Positions 29,822 through 41,350 are shown, numbered from the stretch's first letter. The stretch is DNA of 64,000 nucleotides from a virus (IMGVR_UViG_3300002143_000079:1-64000), one strand, 5' to 3'. Notes: a model not told the origin generated them from the sequence alone. Numbers and translations: made by a program.

Positions 29822-32800
29822 TTAAACTGTAATACCACCTTCCATGTTTTTGATGGATGCACCGACTGGTATTGTTATTATAGGTTCTCTATCTGATTCA
29901 TTTGGTTCGTTTATCGTGGTAAACTTGGTTTGTCTCGATTTACCGGTATAAACCAGTCCAGTATCCAAACTACCGGTATCAAAATACAATTCTTTACGAA
30001 ATGGAATATTCTTACGGCTGATATGACGGAAATTCTCCACATCTGTTAAAGTTGTATATGCAGAAGACGTTACAAACGAACTACCACTGATAACTAACGT
30101 GACCTTTTTAAAGTCTTTTACCACGTTATTTGAATCAACCCCATCATCGGAATAACTCAATGTTCGTTTTTCGTTCAAAGTATAAGCTTTGTATGTCTGT
30201 CCGTCGAATTCCACATATCCAAAAGTATTTGGAAATATACTGACCATATACTTATCGGGGGTATCTTGGATATTTTCGAACGCTGAGAATGTATTGGTCA
30301 CAAACGTCGAGTTTACATTGGAAGTTGCAGCCACGGGTATTTCCGATGCGTTAAGAGATATTAATTCACCCTGATCAATATCCGCGATAATTTCTTTCAG
30401 GTCTATAATTGCATCCAAAGTTTGAATTTCACCTATAAACACTGCTTTTTCTTCAATACGACTTCTCTCCAAAATAGTTGGTTCAACCAATATTCCTTTA
30501 TAAACTCTATTTCTAGCAGGCAAGACATTTTTCAATGTATCAAAAATGCTTTTATCTACGAAAATTTTGTATATCGTAAATAACTCATTGAATAAAATAC
30601 GATTGATGTAGTTTTCCCCATAATAGTTTTTCCGTAAGGTTTCTAGTCCCAAATATTTACGTCCGAATTTTTCTCTTGGGTCGGAAATACTTGATACGAT
30701 TTCATAATCCCCGAAGAAATTCAATATGTCTTTATTTCGTTCGTGTATTGGTGATAGGAATATACCCAATTTATTAGCATCACTGTAGTAATTGTATTTA
30801 GATTTCGAGGTCCGTGTATTTGTTGGGGATAATGTATTATCCAACGTGGTCAATGATGTATATTCTACTTTATCATTTTCAAACCGACTTGGTCCAACCT
30901 CTCCTGTGAAATATTCATTACTGATGTCAAATTCACGGCTTTGGTGTGGGAATAGTGAATAGGACTGACTTACACAACTCGATGTATCGAAAGAATCGGA
31001 GATGTTGCTTCCCGTAAAATTATACATCAATGCGTAAGCCGAACTGTAATATCTATTGGCATTATCAACTCTAAATCCAGTAAGTTGTGAAGAACTATAA
31101 CTTACATCAAATGGAATTCCAAAGTGGAACCGGAATAAAATTTCTTCATAACTTGATGATGGTTGTCCTTGGTAGTAAGAGTTAAAATTCTTACACTTGA
31201 TGTAGAAATTCTCATCCGATAACGCAACTGATTGGAATACAAACTTATCCAAACATCCGTAGAACTTGACCACTTCATAACCACCGATTTCAGTCAAGAA
31301 GAAATTCTCTTGGTCATTTTCAGCAATCAAATCCAAGTCATCAACTTCATCTTCCAATAAAACACTTTGATTTGCCGTAGGAATGTTACCCAATTCCGAA
31401 ATCAAGTTTAAATTAGTGTCTACATTTCCGAAATAAGTTAATCCACCAACATTGTCAAATGCGGTATTCAAGGATCCACTAAGATAGAAACTAAACTTTT
31501 TATCAATTGGTTCCAGACAATATTCGTTTCTATGAACACATATGTCGTATCGAGTTGGAACCAAATTGTCATCAGATGCAGTTTCAAAATTTGAATCAAT
31601 TGGATTCTTTCTAAGTAAAAGACTCATCACTTCACCATTGAACATGTAGAAAGGTTCCGTCACCGCCGCAAATGATTCATCACCACTTTTTATAACGAAG
31701 TATAAACTACCCAACGTATCGCTTATTTTTATGAATCCAAACGAATAAATTTGGTCACCACCGGAGAATGAACTATGGATAGGAACAATGACCTGAGAGG
31801 TTGGATATTTTGTGGTATCAATATACAATTTGAAGTCAACCGATTTAAATGGTTCTAAATTTACAAACTCCACCCGTTCTTCCTCGGAACCAATGAATTC
31901 CAATAAATATTCCTTTTCTTCAATGGTATATGATGAACTAATTTCATTTTGCGTATATCCCCCACCAAATTCTTTCACCAGAATAAGATTGTTTGGGATA
32001 CCATATATCGCAAATATCTGTCTCAGACACTCTTCGGTTCCTTTACTTTTATATATTGATGGTAAATTAGTTAATAATCTCTTCCATATAGTTTTCGTTT
32101 TATCATCAACGGAAATTGAGTTGTTATACTTATTGGATTCTGAACTATTGAGGTATAATTCATCCACTTCGGAATATTCCAATGTTCCACTTAGTCCCGG
32201 TGGAACTTTAAAGCCAAATCCATTCAAAATATTCGTGATTAACTTTCCAGTCAATCCCGTTGAAGTATCATCGCCGATATTTTTGTAAATACCGATATTG
32301 GAAATGTAAAGATAGATGTTATCAAAGTGATGACCAACCATACTCAAGAACTTGAGATACTCATCGTTATCAGTGTCATTATATACATACTCCGGGGTGT
32401 TGTTTATAAGACTATCACGATTGTTGATGTCATACTCAGCACTATCGGTATCCAATGTGGCAACATAACTAGACGCACTAGAATCCGTTGTCGATTCAAC
32501 AAATGTCTCAGATGAAGTATCGTAAATGAAATATCCAGTCTTGTAGAGATATGATTCATAACCATCAAAACTTGCAAATATCGAATCAATTTCTTTATTG
32601 TTTAACTCAATTTTGTTATACACCCCAATTTTATCATTGGTTGCTGAATTAGTTGGATCAAAGGATTCCAATTCATCATTTTCTTCTTCTAAAACCGTTA
32701 TTCTTGATATTTTATTTTTAAATATTTTGACTCGTAAGTTAGCCGATGAGAAGATGACAAATTTGCTAAAATCAGTATAATCTACGTTGATATTTGCAAT

Positions 32801-34477
32801 CTTCTTGTTGACATCAATTTTATTTTTGATGTTACGATTCACTTCCAATTCATCAGACGTGTAATACTTCGTTCCCAAAGTTCGTGCAGATAGTTCGTTT
32901 ATATCAATGCTGAAATTGGGTTTATTTAATTTGATTGTATTCTTTTTAACACTACTCTCAAAGTTAATAGTTTGGAAGAAAGGTTCAATGGAAATGTTGA
33001 CTATATCTGAGAAATCTCCAATGACATATTCGGATGGAATACCATCTTTCAATTTCAACCAAAGTTCATTTCCATTTATTTTAAGAGTCAGTATTGGAAA
33101 AATTTGACCATTAATTTTCAACGCATTTTTAAGTGGACTCTTGAACTTATTTTTGAAATCCGATTCAATCGTTGTGAGAGTGTTTTTTAGAAATACATTA
33201 AATACACCATATAGATACTTTAATGAATCCGCATATTGCAATCTAACATCCGCTGGAAAATTGGATGGGGATTTATAGGATGCCAACCGACGTAACAATT
33301 TTTTATCACATGCGGCAAAATTTATTTCGTTGACCGATGTATTAAAATTGTTAAAGGTATTTACAAATTCATAGTTGAATTTGAGATAATTTAGTAGATA
33401 ATCTTTTATACCGAGGTAAGAAATGCTTTTTTGAATCTCACCGTCGTAAATAGTTTCACCGTAAAACACACTACGTAAAATTTCAAACACACCATCAGAA
33501 TCATTTTCCGCCAAACCAAATAATTGTTTTAGAGAATTGATTTCGGATTTGAAATTATCCTTTGTTAGATTATAAACATCGGTGATGTTGAATGTGTTTA
33601 CATAATATTCAAAATCATCGTAAATTCGATTGTTGATAAATGTGTTATAACCCAATGATAGAAATTCACTATTTAACTTAAAATCAGAATCGGATACGCG
33701 GCTTGGAAAATTAATTTCCACACCACTATTTCGGTGATTTTTATTATACGCAAATAATGTAACTGGAAAATCTTCCGTAGTGTCCAGTATGATTTGTCGT
33801 GTGGATGGTTTGTAAATTACATTATTGACATATTCAACTCCACCATTAAAAGAACCATCCTTTATTTTACTAAATTTGACAAGTGTTATATCCCCACTGA
33901 CAAAGTTTAGATTGTAGACTGTTCCCGATTTCAAACTCAAGGATTTATTTCCATCAAATAAAATTTGATTACCATCAAAAGTAACGGAAATGTTATTGAC
34001 TACATTTTCACTATTGAACGATTTTACTAATTTTATTTCTCTACGAGAATTGCTTATCTCTTTGATTATTAAAGGATTCGTCTGTGAGAAAAAATTCGAT
34101 ATAGGAGTCAACGATAGATAGAAATTGGCATCGGTGATAGAATTCTGTTCAACAATATCTTTAACAGAAATTAAGACATCCCGATTTCCATTTTGAATCA
34201 AATTGGAATTTGGTGGAAAGTAGTAATCTCGGAATACATTGTTATCAATATCCTCATATCGGTAAAAAAACTTTGTAGTGGTTGTAAAGCCAACCAAAGT
34301 GGATGAGGTGATTGGTTGTTTTTGACTATTATAGACACCAATCTCAATTACATCTTTTGTCGAATTACCAAAGAAATATTCTTGTGTAGATGAACTCGTA
34401 AACAATACATTCTCTCTCGAATTTATATAGCCTACGTCATTTATCTCATTGGGTGATTCTTTTAATATATTGAACAT
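29822..34477 (-). CDS. Large baseplate structural protein (wedge-like)
   Basis: 1551 aa; FL.MVG.HFD.I and IYKSKGT...L......YG motifs; baseplate module. Confidence 0.65.
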   Translation of the reverse strand: MFNILKESPNEINDVGYINSRENVLFTSSSTQEYFFGNSTKDVIEIGVYNSQKQPITSSTLVGFTTTTKFFYRYEDIDNNVFRDYYFPPNSNLIQNGNRDVLISVKDIVEQNSITDANFYLSLTPISNFFSQTNPLIIKEISNSRREIKLVKSFNSENVVNNISVTFDGNQILFDGNKSLSLKSGTVYNLNFVSGDITLVKFSKIKDGSFNGGVEYVNNVIYKPSTRQIILDTTEDFPVTLFAYNKNHRNSGVEINFPSRVSDSDFKLNSEFLSLGYNTFINNRIYDDFEYYVNTFNITDVYNLTKDNFKSEINSLKQLFGLAENDSDGVFEILRSVFYGETIYDGEIQKSISYLGIKDYLLNYLKFNYEFVNTFNNFNTSVNEINFAACDKKLLRRLASYKSPSNFPADVRLQYADSLKYLYGVFNVFLKNTLTTIESDFKNKFKSPLKNALKINGQIFPILTLKINGNELWLKLKDGIPSEYVIGDFSDIVNISIEPFFQTINFESSVKKNTIKLNKPNFSIDINELSARTLGTKYYTSDELEVNRNIKNKIDVNKKIANINVDYTDFSKFVIFSSANLRVKIFKNKISRITVLEEENDELESFDPTNSATNDKIGVYNKIELNNKEIDSIFASFDGYESYLYKTGYFIYDTSSETFVESTTDSSASSYVATLDTDSAEYDINNRDSLINNTPEYVYNDTDNDEYLKFLSMVGHHFDNIYLYISNIGIYKNIGDDTSTGLTGKLITNILNGFGFKVPPGLSGTLEYSEVDELYLNSSESNKYNNSISVDDKTKTIWKRLLTNLPSIYKSKGTEECLRQIFAIYGIPNNLILVKEFGGGYTQNEISSSYTIEEKEYLLEFIGSEEERVEFVNLEPFKSVDFKLYIDTTKYPTSQVIVPIHSSFSGGDQIYSFGFIKISDTLGSLYFVIKSGDESFAAVTEPFYMFNGEVMSLLLRKNPIDSNFETASDDNLVPTRYDICVHRNEYCLEPIDKKFSFYLSGSLNTAFDNVGGLTYFGNVDTNLNLISELGNIPTANQSVLLEDEVDDLDLIAENDQENFFLTEIGGYEVVKFYGCLDKFVFQSVALSDENFYIKCKNFNSYYQGQPSSSYEEILFRFHFGIPFDVSYSSSQLTGFRVDNANRYYSSAYALMYNFTGSNISDSFDTSSCVSQSYSLFPHQSREFDISNEYFTGEVGPSRFENDKVEYTSLTTLDNTLSPTNTRTSKSKYNYYSDANKLGIFLSPIHERNKDILNFFGDYEIVSSISDPREKFGRKYLGLETLRKNYYGENYINRILFNELFTIYKIFVDKSIFDTLKNVLPARNRVYKGILVEPTILERSRIEEKAVFIGEIQTLDAIIDLKEIIADIDQGELISLNASEIPVAATSNVNSTFVTNTFSAFENIQDTPDKYMVSIFPNTFGYVEFDGQTYKAYTLNEKRTLSYSDDGVDSNNVVKDFKKVTLVISGSSFVTSSAYTTLTDVENFRHISRKNIPFRKELYFDTGSLDTGLVYTGKSRQTKFTTINEPNESDREPIITIPVGASIKNMEGGITV

Positions 34478-34524
34478 ACCTTACTATAACTATTAAAACG
34501 ACTTACTAATTTACAATCAATGTG

Positions 34525-34995
34525 TTAGAATGTTTTTGGGGTATAAGGAAACTCAACATTAAAATCAGACTTAGATTGACCCTCTCCCCTATCAATACGA
34601 AGTTGAATAATCAATTCTCTAGTAGCGTTCAATTGAGATTCCAACCGATTTATCTCATCTACCGCGTTATTGGTTTCGGTTACCTTATATTGGAGGTTTG
34701 TAATAGTGTTCTCCAACATCTGTATAGTTAGTTGAGAATCATCATTTTGAGTATCGGGTGTATTGTTCGTCGGAGTCACATCTACGAATTCTTCAAATGC
34801 AAGTGGATATAGAATGGCCAATTTATCATCTTTATACTCAAGATTATTCAACGACAACTTTAAAAATTGTTGATTAAATACGTCAGATTCTTGTTTAAAA
34901 AAGAGATTACCAACGGAATTGTAACTGTATGTGTACAATAATGTTCCGTTTCTAAACGAATTGATTTCGTCACCAAATTTATTCAAATCTGCCAT
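34525..34995 (-). CDS. Hypothetical coiled-coil protein
   Basis: ORF in baseplate operon. Confidence 0.55.
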   Translation of the reverse strand: MADLNKFGDEINSFRNGTLLYTYSYNSVGNLFFKQESDVFNQQFLKLSLNNLEYKDDKLAILYPLAFEEFVDVTPTNNTPDTQNDDSQLTIQMLENTITNLQYKVTETNNAVDEINRLESQLNATRELIIQLRIDRGEGQSKSDFNVEFPYTPKTF

Positions 34996-34996
34996 A

Positions 34997-36241
34997 TTAT
35001 CTTATGATTTTAAAAACACTACCATTATCAAATAATTGAATAGAACCGTCGTCTAACTCAGTTTTAATGAGTATTCGATAATATCTCTCCTGAGCCAATC
35101 CCGTCGTATCTAAATAGAAATAATTTCCATATTCATCACAACTCAATTTAGTATAATCATCAAAGTCAATAATGGTTTCGGAACTTTCATTGTCTTTAAT
35201 AGCGTAGAAACTTGATGTTGGTAGGTATTTTGGAGTTAAATAAGCAGTCTGTGCAGACACAAATCGTTTTAGTGGGTTTTGTTCACGTGCAGATACCGTA
35301 AATTTCACCTTAGCCCCACTCTTATATTCCTTTTTTATACCTTTTATGGAAACATTCACACCGAGACTTGCGGTTACTGGTGATAAACTGGCCGTTACAA
35401 AGGATGAGTCATCCCATTTAACGTCTAAATATGGAGAATAAATGGTATTCGTCTCACGACCGAAAAACTTGAGATTACTTGTCGCATCTTCATTCAATTC
35501 ATCGGAAGTGAGTAGTATAATTCCTTCGTTTGGAATACAACCACAAATCCACGCTTGGCAAATACGAGTAACATCAAGTTCTATATCTGAGGATTGGTAA
35601 CTGAAAGATTGACTGCATATGTAACTAGCCCCGGAAACGGCGGAACAAAAACTTTGACTTGGATCATTGGAACAGCTGACTGGTGCCGAGTAATACCAAG
35701 TTCCCCCTCCCCGAGCAAACACCGCAACCGACGCAGTATCCAAGTAATTTGCCCCGGATAAATTTGTATCTAAATCAATATTTGGATACCAAACACTTGA
35801 AGTATCTGGATATTCTCGATAAGACCAATTTACTCCTGTATTGCCACCACCCGCAGCAAAAATACCCGTTCCCATATCCCAACTTTGACTTATTGGGTAT
35901 GCATAGATTTTATAATCTACCCCAATTTCCTTCGACTCCACCGTTCGGAGATTGAGAATGAATTTTGGATTTACCACACTTCCATTAGCAATAGATTCAC
36001 TAATGGTGGTCAAATCGAACTTCAATATAGAACGTTTTATGAAGGTTTTATACTCCGTAACGTAACGGTTTAAAAGATAATCATAAGACCCCGATATATA
36101 CCCCGATAAAATACCCGTGAAATTCTCCAAACTACCAGTGAACCCGCATATTGAACCACTAAATGACCCCGATGCACTACCGGATACGTAATTGCTACTC
36201 GAAATACCGGAAAAATAATCAACTGTGAATGATAATGACAT
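34997..36241 (-). CDS. Structural protein with a DNRLRE-like beta domain
   Basis: RSILKFDL, YPISQSW.MGTG, FFGRETNTIY.PYL...WDD. Confidence 0.6.
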   Translation of the reverse strand: MSLSFTVDYFSGISSSNYVSGSASGSFSGSICGFTGSLENFTGILSGYISGSYDYLLNRYVTEYKTFIKRSILKFDLTTISESIANGSVVNPKFILNLRTVESKEIGVDYKIYAYPISQSWDMGTGIFAAGGGNTGVNWSYREYPDTSSVWYPNIDLDTNLSGANYLDTASVAVFARGGGTWYYSAPVSCSNDPSQSFCSAVSGASYICSQSFSYQSSDIELDVTRICQAWICGCIPNEGIILLTSDELNEDATSNLKFFGRETNTIYSPYLDVKWDDSSFVTASLSPVTASLGVNVSIKGIKKEYKSGAKVKFTVSAREQNPLKRFVSAQTAYLTPKYLPTSSFYAIKDNESSETIIDFDDYTKLSCDEYGNYFYLDTTGLAQERYYRILIKTELDDGSIQLFDNGSVFKIIR

Positions 36242-36256
36242 ATGTAATAAATAATA

Positions 36257-36607
36257 TCAAGTAGACGAAACTATCAGAGTATTTTCAGAATCATCAATCA
36301 TTTGATTCTCAGAGTCGTCAACTAAGTCAAACTCAACCGCAACAATTTGGTCACATAATATAAATCCATTGACACTACCCGTTGCACAATCAATACTACC
36401 GGTGAAGGTTCCGGTGAAATTATCCATACGAGAAGATACCAATTGGTTTGAATCCGATGTTCTTGCCACCGACGCGGTAATATAACCTATAATTAATTTG
36501 TTTATAGCACCGACTTCAATATATGGATCCAACGCAAAATTTTTCTCAACGTAATCGGGATAGTTCATTACGTAAGTATCTTTTTGACAATATATAAAAT
36601 GATGCAT
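36257..36607 (-). CDS. Small structural protein, paralog of 36612..36905
   Basis: MHHFIYCQKDTY....P.Y..KNF..D..IE. Confidence 0.55.
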   Translation of the reverse strand: MHHFIYCQKDTYVMNYPDYVEKNFALDPYIEVGAINKLIIGYITASVARTSDSNQLVSSRMDNFTGTFTGSIDCATGSVNGFILCDQIVAVEFDLVDDSENQMIDDSENTLIVSST

Positions 36608-36611
36608 ATGA

Positions 36612-36905
36612 TTAACAACTTCCCGTATCTGGTTCTATCCACATACCACTACCTGAAATAAATGCCGACCCACTTGTTATATCTCCCGAACCAGTCAGGG
36701 AACCCGAAAAATACCCACTGAAAGATAAAACTTGTAAATTCAACCTATCTCTCGAAATTTCACTTGAACCAGTTACAACAAACGTAACAACATTACGAGT
36801 AAACGCATTTATTTCCAAAATTTCATCTCGTCCGAAATTTTTCAAATAATAATCCGGGTCATTACAAATGAATGTGTCGGATGATGGAAATATGAATTTA
36901 TGCAT
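36612..36905 (-). CDS. Small structural protein, paralog of 36257..36607
   Basis: MHKFIFPSSDTF....P.Y..KNFG.DEILE. Confidence 0.55.
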   Translation of the reverse strand: MHKFIFPSSDTFICNDPDYYLKNFGRDEILEINAFTRNVVTFVVTGSSEISRDRLNLQVLSFSGYFSGSLTGSGDITSGSAFISGSGMWIEPDTGSC

Positions 36906-36906
36906 A

Positions 36907-38871
36907 TTACAATACTTTACCTCTAATATCGACGTCTGGATATTTTACTTCAAAAATAGTTGGGTCGATTGGTGGGTATATAATTTTATTCTTTGTTGCG
37001 GATGGTAAATCATATTCATAAATTGAATAATTATCCCCAGCCAAATTCTCGATTTCCAGATGAGCAACTGATTGAACTCCTTCAATTTTAGCAATTTCTA
37101 ATTCCAATTGACCGATGTTAATTGGTTGTGAAAATTGCCATGATTCGGAATTGAAAAAGTTTTTAATGGAGTCTATACACTCCGTCAATACTTCTTTTTT
37201 GTTGTAAGTGGAATACGTCAAAATTGTAAAATCGACACCGATGTTAACGACGAATCCATCAATGATATTTATTCTATCTGACATCATTCGGTATTTCGAT
37301 AGATAATTCCGTAAATTGTGTGCAAGTGCTTCGTTAACCGGAGTTAAATTGCCATTATCGTCGTATGCAAGAACATAGAGATTTATACCCAATGGATTTA
37401 CGCCTTCCAAATTTACTTTACGATAGTCTTTATTTTTTTCATCAACAACGATGTTGTTGTTTTCATCAATTAATCCTTGAATATACGTCGTATTGTTGGT
37501 ATATAAATCATTTTCCGTTATCACATGGACTTTAGATACCTTACCAAATTCCGCTGGCATACTCAATGTTCTCGCAATATAATCTTCTTTAGTCACCATT
37601 CTATTTTGTGTCGCAAAGTTTGAAATTGCATTTTGTTTGATTTCCAAAATACTTTCTTCACCCGCACCACCGGTAGCTGATGTGGAGTTTTCAACACGTA
37701 AACTATTTTTGATGGTATTTACCAAATTTAATTCGGATGGTAAATATTCTTCAACCTCATCGAAAGCAACTTTACTGATAGTGGTAATATCCCCAACGTT
37801 TGCGTTTGATTCTACTCCCCCACCAATAATATATTTGACCGTTAGAGTTGTATTGAATGGTGATAATCCATAAGAATTAGAATTGACGAATGCGGTTGGA
37901 TCCAACGTCAAATTATATTTACTGATATTGGCAAATCCTACACCCAACAACTCTGAATTAGGTATTAAAATTTCCTCTTCCAAACTATCCGTAGATGGTC
38001 CAAATTGTATATACGTTTTGTTATTTTCGTCTACATCAATAGTATAACGTCGATTGGTTCGCAAGTATTTCAATATGTTAGGTACGGATGAACGATATTG
38101 AGAAAATGTTTCAAAATTTAATTGGTTGTTTTCAACCGGCAACTCCACTAAATCTTGGGCAAGATAATCAACCTGATACCAATTGTTGTTATCCGCGTCA
38201 ATTATGCTAATCACCTTAATAACATTCGTTTCAGCCAATTCCACTCGAAGATTTGGGTTTTGACTGGTAACATTGAATTCCCGTGTAATAATTTTACCGG
38301 AATAAGCTTTGGTGGATTTTCTTAAAAGATAAAACTCCGGTTCTCCTACATCGTTTCGTGAGAACACTTCGTCGGTTCGGGGTGACGTTACACTGTCAAT
38401 GGAAAAATCAAGAGTTTCTGTGGTTATAAACGCAGCTCTATTTGAGGATAATACTTCCATACCCTCCCTCACTCGCATAGCATATCTCGTATCTGGTTCG
38501 AATGTGCCGTCGGATAATCGTTTTGATGGAACTATGATATACGCATCTAAAGTTGTTATCGCGGGTTTAGTAGGTTTGGAGATGTATCCTAAATACTTAG
38601 CCAGTTGAATAACATTCTTACGTTCTTCTGCAAAATTAATCAATCCTTCTTTGTATTGATAATCAATGTAAAAAGATAAAACATCACCAACATACGCAGC
38701 CATGTCGATAAACATTGTGCCCGGTGCTGCATCACTAAAATCTTTGTAACTTCTTGGATAGTATTGTTTAGAGAACTCAATCAATCCTTGTTTCAATTGA
38801 CCAAAATCTCGTCCAAGATATTTTACCTCTCTTGATTGAGGTTTAAAATTTTTATCTAATACGGTTGCCAT
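36907..38871 (-). CDS. gp6: Baseplate wedge subunit (T4 gp6-like)
   Basis: DF..LK..L, DFS....G..FIDMAAYVGDVLSFY.D, GG..EESI.EI, QNRMVTKEDY. Confidence 0.9.
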   Translation of the reverse strand: MATVLDKNFKPQSREVKYLGRDFGQLKQGLIEFSKQYYPRSYKDFSDAAPGTMFIDMAAYVGDVLSFYIDYQYKEGLINFAEERKNVIQLAKYLGYISKPTKPAITTLDAYIIVPSKRLSDGTFEPDTRYAMRVREGMEVLSSNRAAFITTETLDFSIDSVTSPRTDEVFSRNDVGEPEFYLLRKSTKAYSGKIITREFNVTSQNPNLRVELAETNVIKVISIIDADNNNWYQVDYLAQDLVELPVENNQLNFETFSQYRSSVPNILKYLRTNRRYTIDVDENNKTYIQFGPSTDSLEEEILIPNSELLGVGFANISKYNLTLDPTAFVNSNSYGLSPFNTTLTVKYIIGGGVESNANVGDITTISKVAFDEVEEYLPSELNLVNTIKNSLRVENSTSATGGAGEESILEIKQNAISNFATQNRMVTKEDYIARTLSMPAEFGKVSKVHVITENDLYTNNTTYIQGLIDENNNIVVDEKNKDYRKVNLEGVNPLGINLYVLAYDDNGNLTPVNEALAHNLRNYLSKYRMMSDRINIIDGFVVNIGVDFTILTYSTYNKKEVLTECIDSIKNFFNSESWQFSQPINIGQLELEIAKIEGVQSVAHLEIENLAGDNYSIYEYDLPSATKNKIIYPPIDPTIFEVKYPDVDIRGKVL

Positions 38872-38873
38872 AA

Positions 38874-39293
38874 TTATATATTGACACTTTGTAAGTCAAA
38901 TGTTACCGAATCTTCAGTTTTCGTCTGTTTGATAGTAAACGACACAGATATTCTCAGTTTATAATTATCATCTCCTACGGGGTTTTCAACATTAATAATG
39001 TCAATTTCATCAATACTTACCTCTGGAATCCAATATGAGATTTCTTCAAAAAGGATATTTTTAGCAATTTCGTTCAAATTATCCGTTTTTTGTTCAAAAA
39101 CCAGCTCATACAACTTTGTTCCAAATTCCGGTGACATTCGGCGTTCACCCTTCTTGGTCTTTAAAAAATTCATGAGATTTTGTTTCACTTGATTGTTTGT
39201 ATCAAATGTTTGCTGAAAATACCCACCAGTTCCCCTTATAAAAGGAACTTCTAACCCAATAGGTGCATATGATGCTGATGTTCGGGTGGCCAT
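38874..39293 (-). CDS. gp25: Baseplate wedge subunit (T4 gp25-like)
   Basis: NL...L.TKKGER.M.PEFGT.L..LVFE...W.P. Confidence 0.9.
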   Translation of the reverse strand: MATRTSASYAPIGLEVPFIRGTGGYFQQTFDTNNQVKQNLMNFLKTKKGERRMSPEFGTKLYELVFEQKTDNLNEIAKNILFEEISYWIPEVSIDEIDIINVENPVGDDNYKLRISVSFTIKQTKTEDSVTFDLQSVNI

Positions 39294-39295
39294 TA

Positions 39296-39712
39296 TTATC
39301 TCTTTTGTTTAGCTATTTTATCGGCAGCCTGTAATACCGAAGCATAATTCTTCGTAAAGACCCCAGACAACGAATCAGGCACCGCCTCTGGTGAGTCTAA
39401 TACCGAGGGGGCACTCTGTTGAGACGCCATCATCGAATTACTATCGTCATTGGGGATTTTAACGGTGGTTTCGTTTAAAATCTGATTTAGGATAGGGTTC
39501 GTTGAAAAGGTTTTAGGAGCCACAACTGGTGCTGGTCTGGAATCGGTGATTCTTTTAGACGAGTCAACCACATTTTTTAATATTTTGGTGGTATTTTCAA
39601 CAACTGGTTGTTTTTGGTTCTTGAAATATTCATCCAAAATTGCAGGTAATGCGGTTTTTAACTCCGTATTAACGATTTCACGAATTAGTTTTTTAAATTG
39701 ATCTGCATTCAT
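39296..39712 (-). CDS. Hypothetical virion protein
   Basis: FKKLIREIV..E N-terminus; NPILNQILNET. Confidence 0.6.
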   Translation of the reverse strand: MNADQFKKLIREIVNTELKTALPAILDEYFKNQKQPVVENTTKILKNVVDSSKRITDSRPAPVVAPKTFSTNPILNQILNETTVKIPNDDSNSMMASQQSAPSVLDSPEAVPDSLSGVFTKNYASVLQAADKIAKQKR

Positions 39713-39724
39713 AACGTATATATA

Positions 39725-41350
39725 TTAAAATTTTCTCGGACTTTCTCTTCTATTTGAGGCTGGCCATCCACCGGGAACACCCGTTCCAGAGAATGTGTTT
39801 ATTTTAGTTGATGGAACACCATCTACAATTTCTCCACCATCTCCACCCGGAGCATAACCCCCACCCGTCAAAAATACTCGACGACTCATAATGGTATGAA
39901 TCTTATCACGTAAACTACGTAATTGTCTGATTTGCACCGGAACTTGGGTATTTTTAGGAGTCGGAACACCCACATCTTCATGGGTGTGTTCGTGCCAGTG
40001 GGTATGTTCCTCCAACCATAAACATAAGTCGTATAACCAATCAGCTAAAGTCTGACCCAATACCGCTGGTTCGTTTGTATTATTATGTTCTCCCAAATAT
40101 ATAGCTGGTGAGTTAAACACCGTCTTGGTATTTGTGGTAAAAACTATTTGATTATGGGCATCGACAGTATATTCACTATCAGTTGTTACCATATAACGTT
40201 TCTTCGAAAAATGTAACGTCTCCCCAAACCTAGACGCAAAAATTAATCTATCACTATGTATTACAATTTGATCCCCACTCAATTCGGGCATTTTAAACGT
40301 GGTTGCGTTTGGTGGATTAAATTTGACCTGTTCCTCACCAGAATTTGTTGAAAAGTATTTTTTGTAACACGTTGTTTTAAATCTTGATACCGTCAATCCA
40401 CTTGTTATGTGAATAGAACTACCATCGTTGTTTATATCTTCAATTAAATATCCACCAACATTCTTCTCATTTGGTGAAGAGTTAACATCATCTATCTTAT
40501 TTAAGAGTGGATGTAATTGTTGTGTATTATCTTTCGCAATAGGTCTTTGTCTATTACGAATCAAAATCATGGGATTGCCACCACCAACCTCTTCCTTGTC
40601 ACTTTTATAGTTGTCGTAAACCCCTTTATCATTTTTACGATTATCGTCGTAGGCCCCCATTCTTATACTTTGACCAAACCGACTTTCAAAAATTGAATCT
40701 CCCTCATAATGTTTGAGATTTCGAATTTTATCATTAAACCAGAAGTAATTTCCCAAAATACCACGGAACCCCGAATAGAATCTATCATTCGTTGAATCGA
40801 GTCGAGATTCTGGCCCACGTAATTCAACAACCGTTGTGGAACCGGAATAACTCCGATTGGATATTTTCTTACCATATGTCTGTTCGTATCTAAAATCGGC
40901 GGAGGTATTGTTGTTATTTTTGGTGTTGATTTTGTTTGTATAGTAAAATTTATCCAAGATATAAACTACATTAACCACTTCATTTAATACTGGATATGTT
41001 GTAAAACTACTATCAATTGGAATTGCCCAAATCAAATTTTCCTTCTCAACCTTTTGTTGTGTATAACATAGTCTCACTAACACAGTTCCAATTGGATAAT
41101 AACTTTTATCCGAAGAACTTGCTGGAAGATTATTGTAATTTTTAGGATATTCCGATGGAATGGTAATGTTTCCCATTTCCCCATTTGCAAACAGAGGATG
41201 TTTGTCGTCGAGAATGATGTCCAAAACAACCCCCGGTTCGAACTGCGGCATGTTTTCACCCACTTGGAGATATTTGACATCTCTAAAAGTGGATAATTTG
41301 TTTACATCATCGGTTGAATTATTTAATATTGTTCGACCAGATGAATTCAT
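39725..41350 (-). CDS. Baseplate hub/spike protein (gp5-like, no lysozyme domain seen)
   Basis: YPVLNEVV, EGD.IFESRFGQSIR, SDRLIF, IYLG and a His-rich HTHWHEHTH tip. Confidence 0.7.
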   Translation of the reverse strand: MNSSGRTILNNSTDDVNKLSTFRDVKYLQVGENMPQFEPGVVLDIILDDKHPLFANGEMGNITIPSEYPKNYNNLPASSSDKSYYPIGTVLVRLCYTQQKVEKENLIWAIPIDSSFTTYPVLNEVVNVVYILDKFYYTNKINTKNNNNTSADFRYEQTYGKKISNRSYSGSTTVVELRGPESRLDSTNDRFYSGFRGILGNYFWFNDKIRNLKHYEGDSIFESRFGQSIRMGAYDDNRKNDKGVYDNYKSDKEEVGGGNPMILIRNRQRPIAKDNTQQLHPLLNKIDDVNSSPNEKNVGGYLIEDINNDGSSIHITSGLTVSRFKTTCYKKYFSTNSGEEQVKFNPPNATTFKMPELSGDQIVIHSDRLIFASRFGETLHFSKKRYMVTTDSEYTVDAHNQIVFTTNTKTVFNSPAIYLGEHNNTNEPAVLGQTLADWLYDLCLWLEEHTHWHEHTHEDVGVPTPKNTQVPVQIRQLRSLRDKIHTIMSRRVFLTGGGYAPGGDGGEIVDGVPSTKINTFSGTGVPGGWPASNRRESPRKF

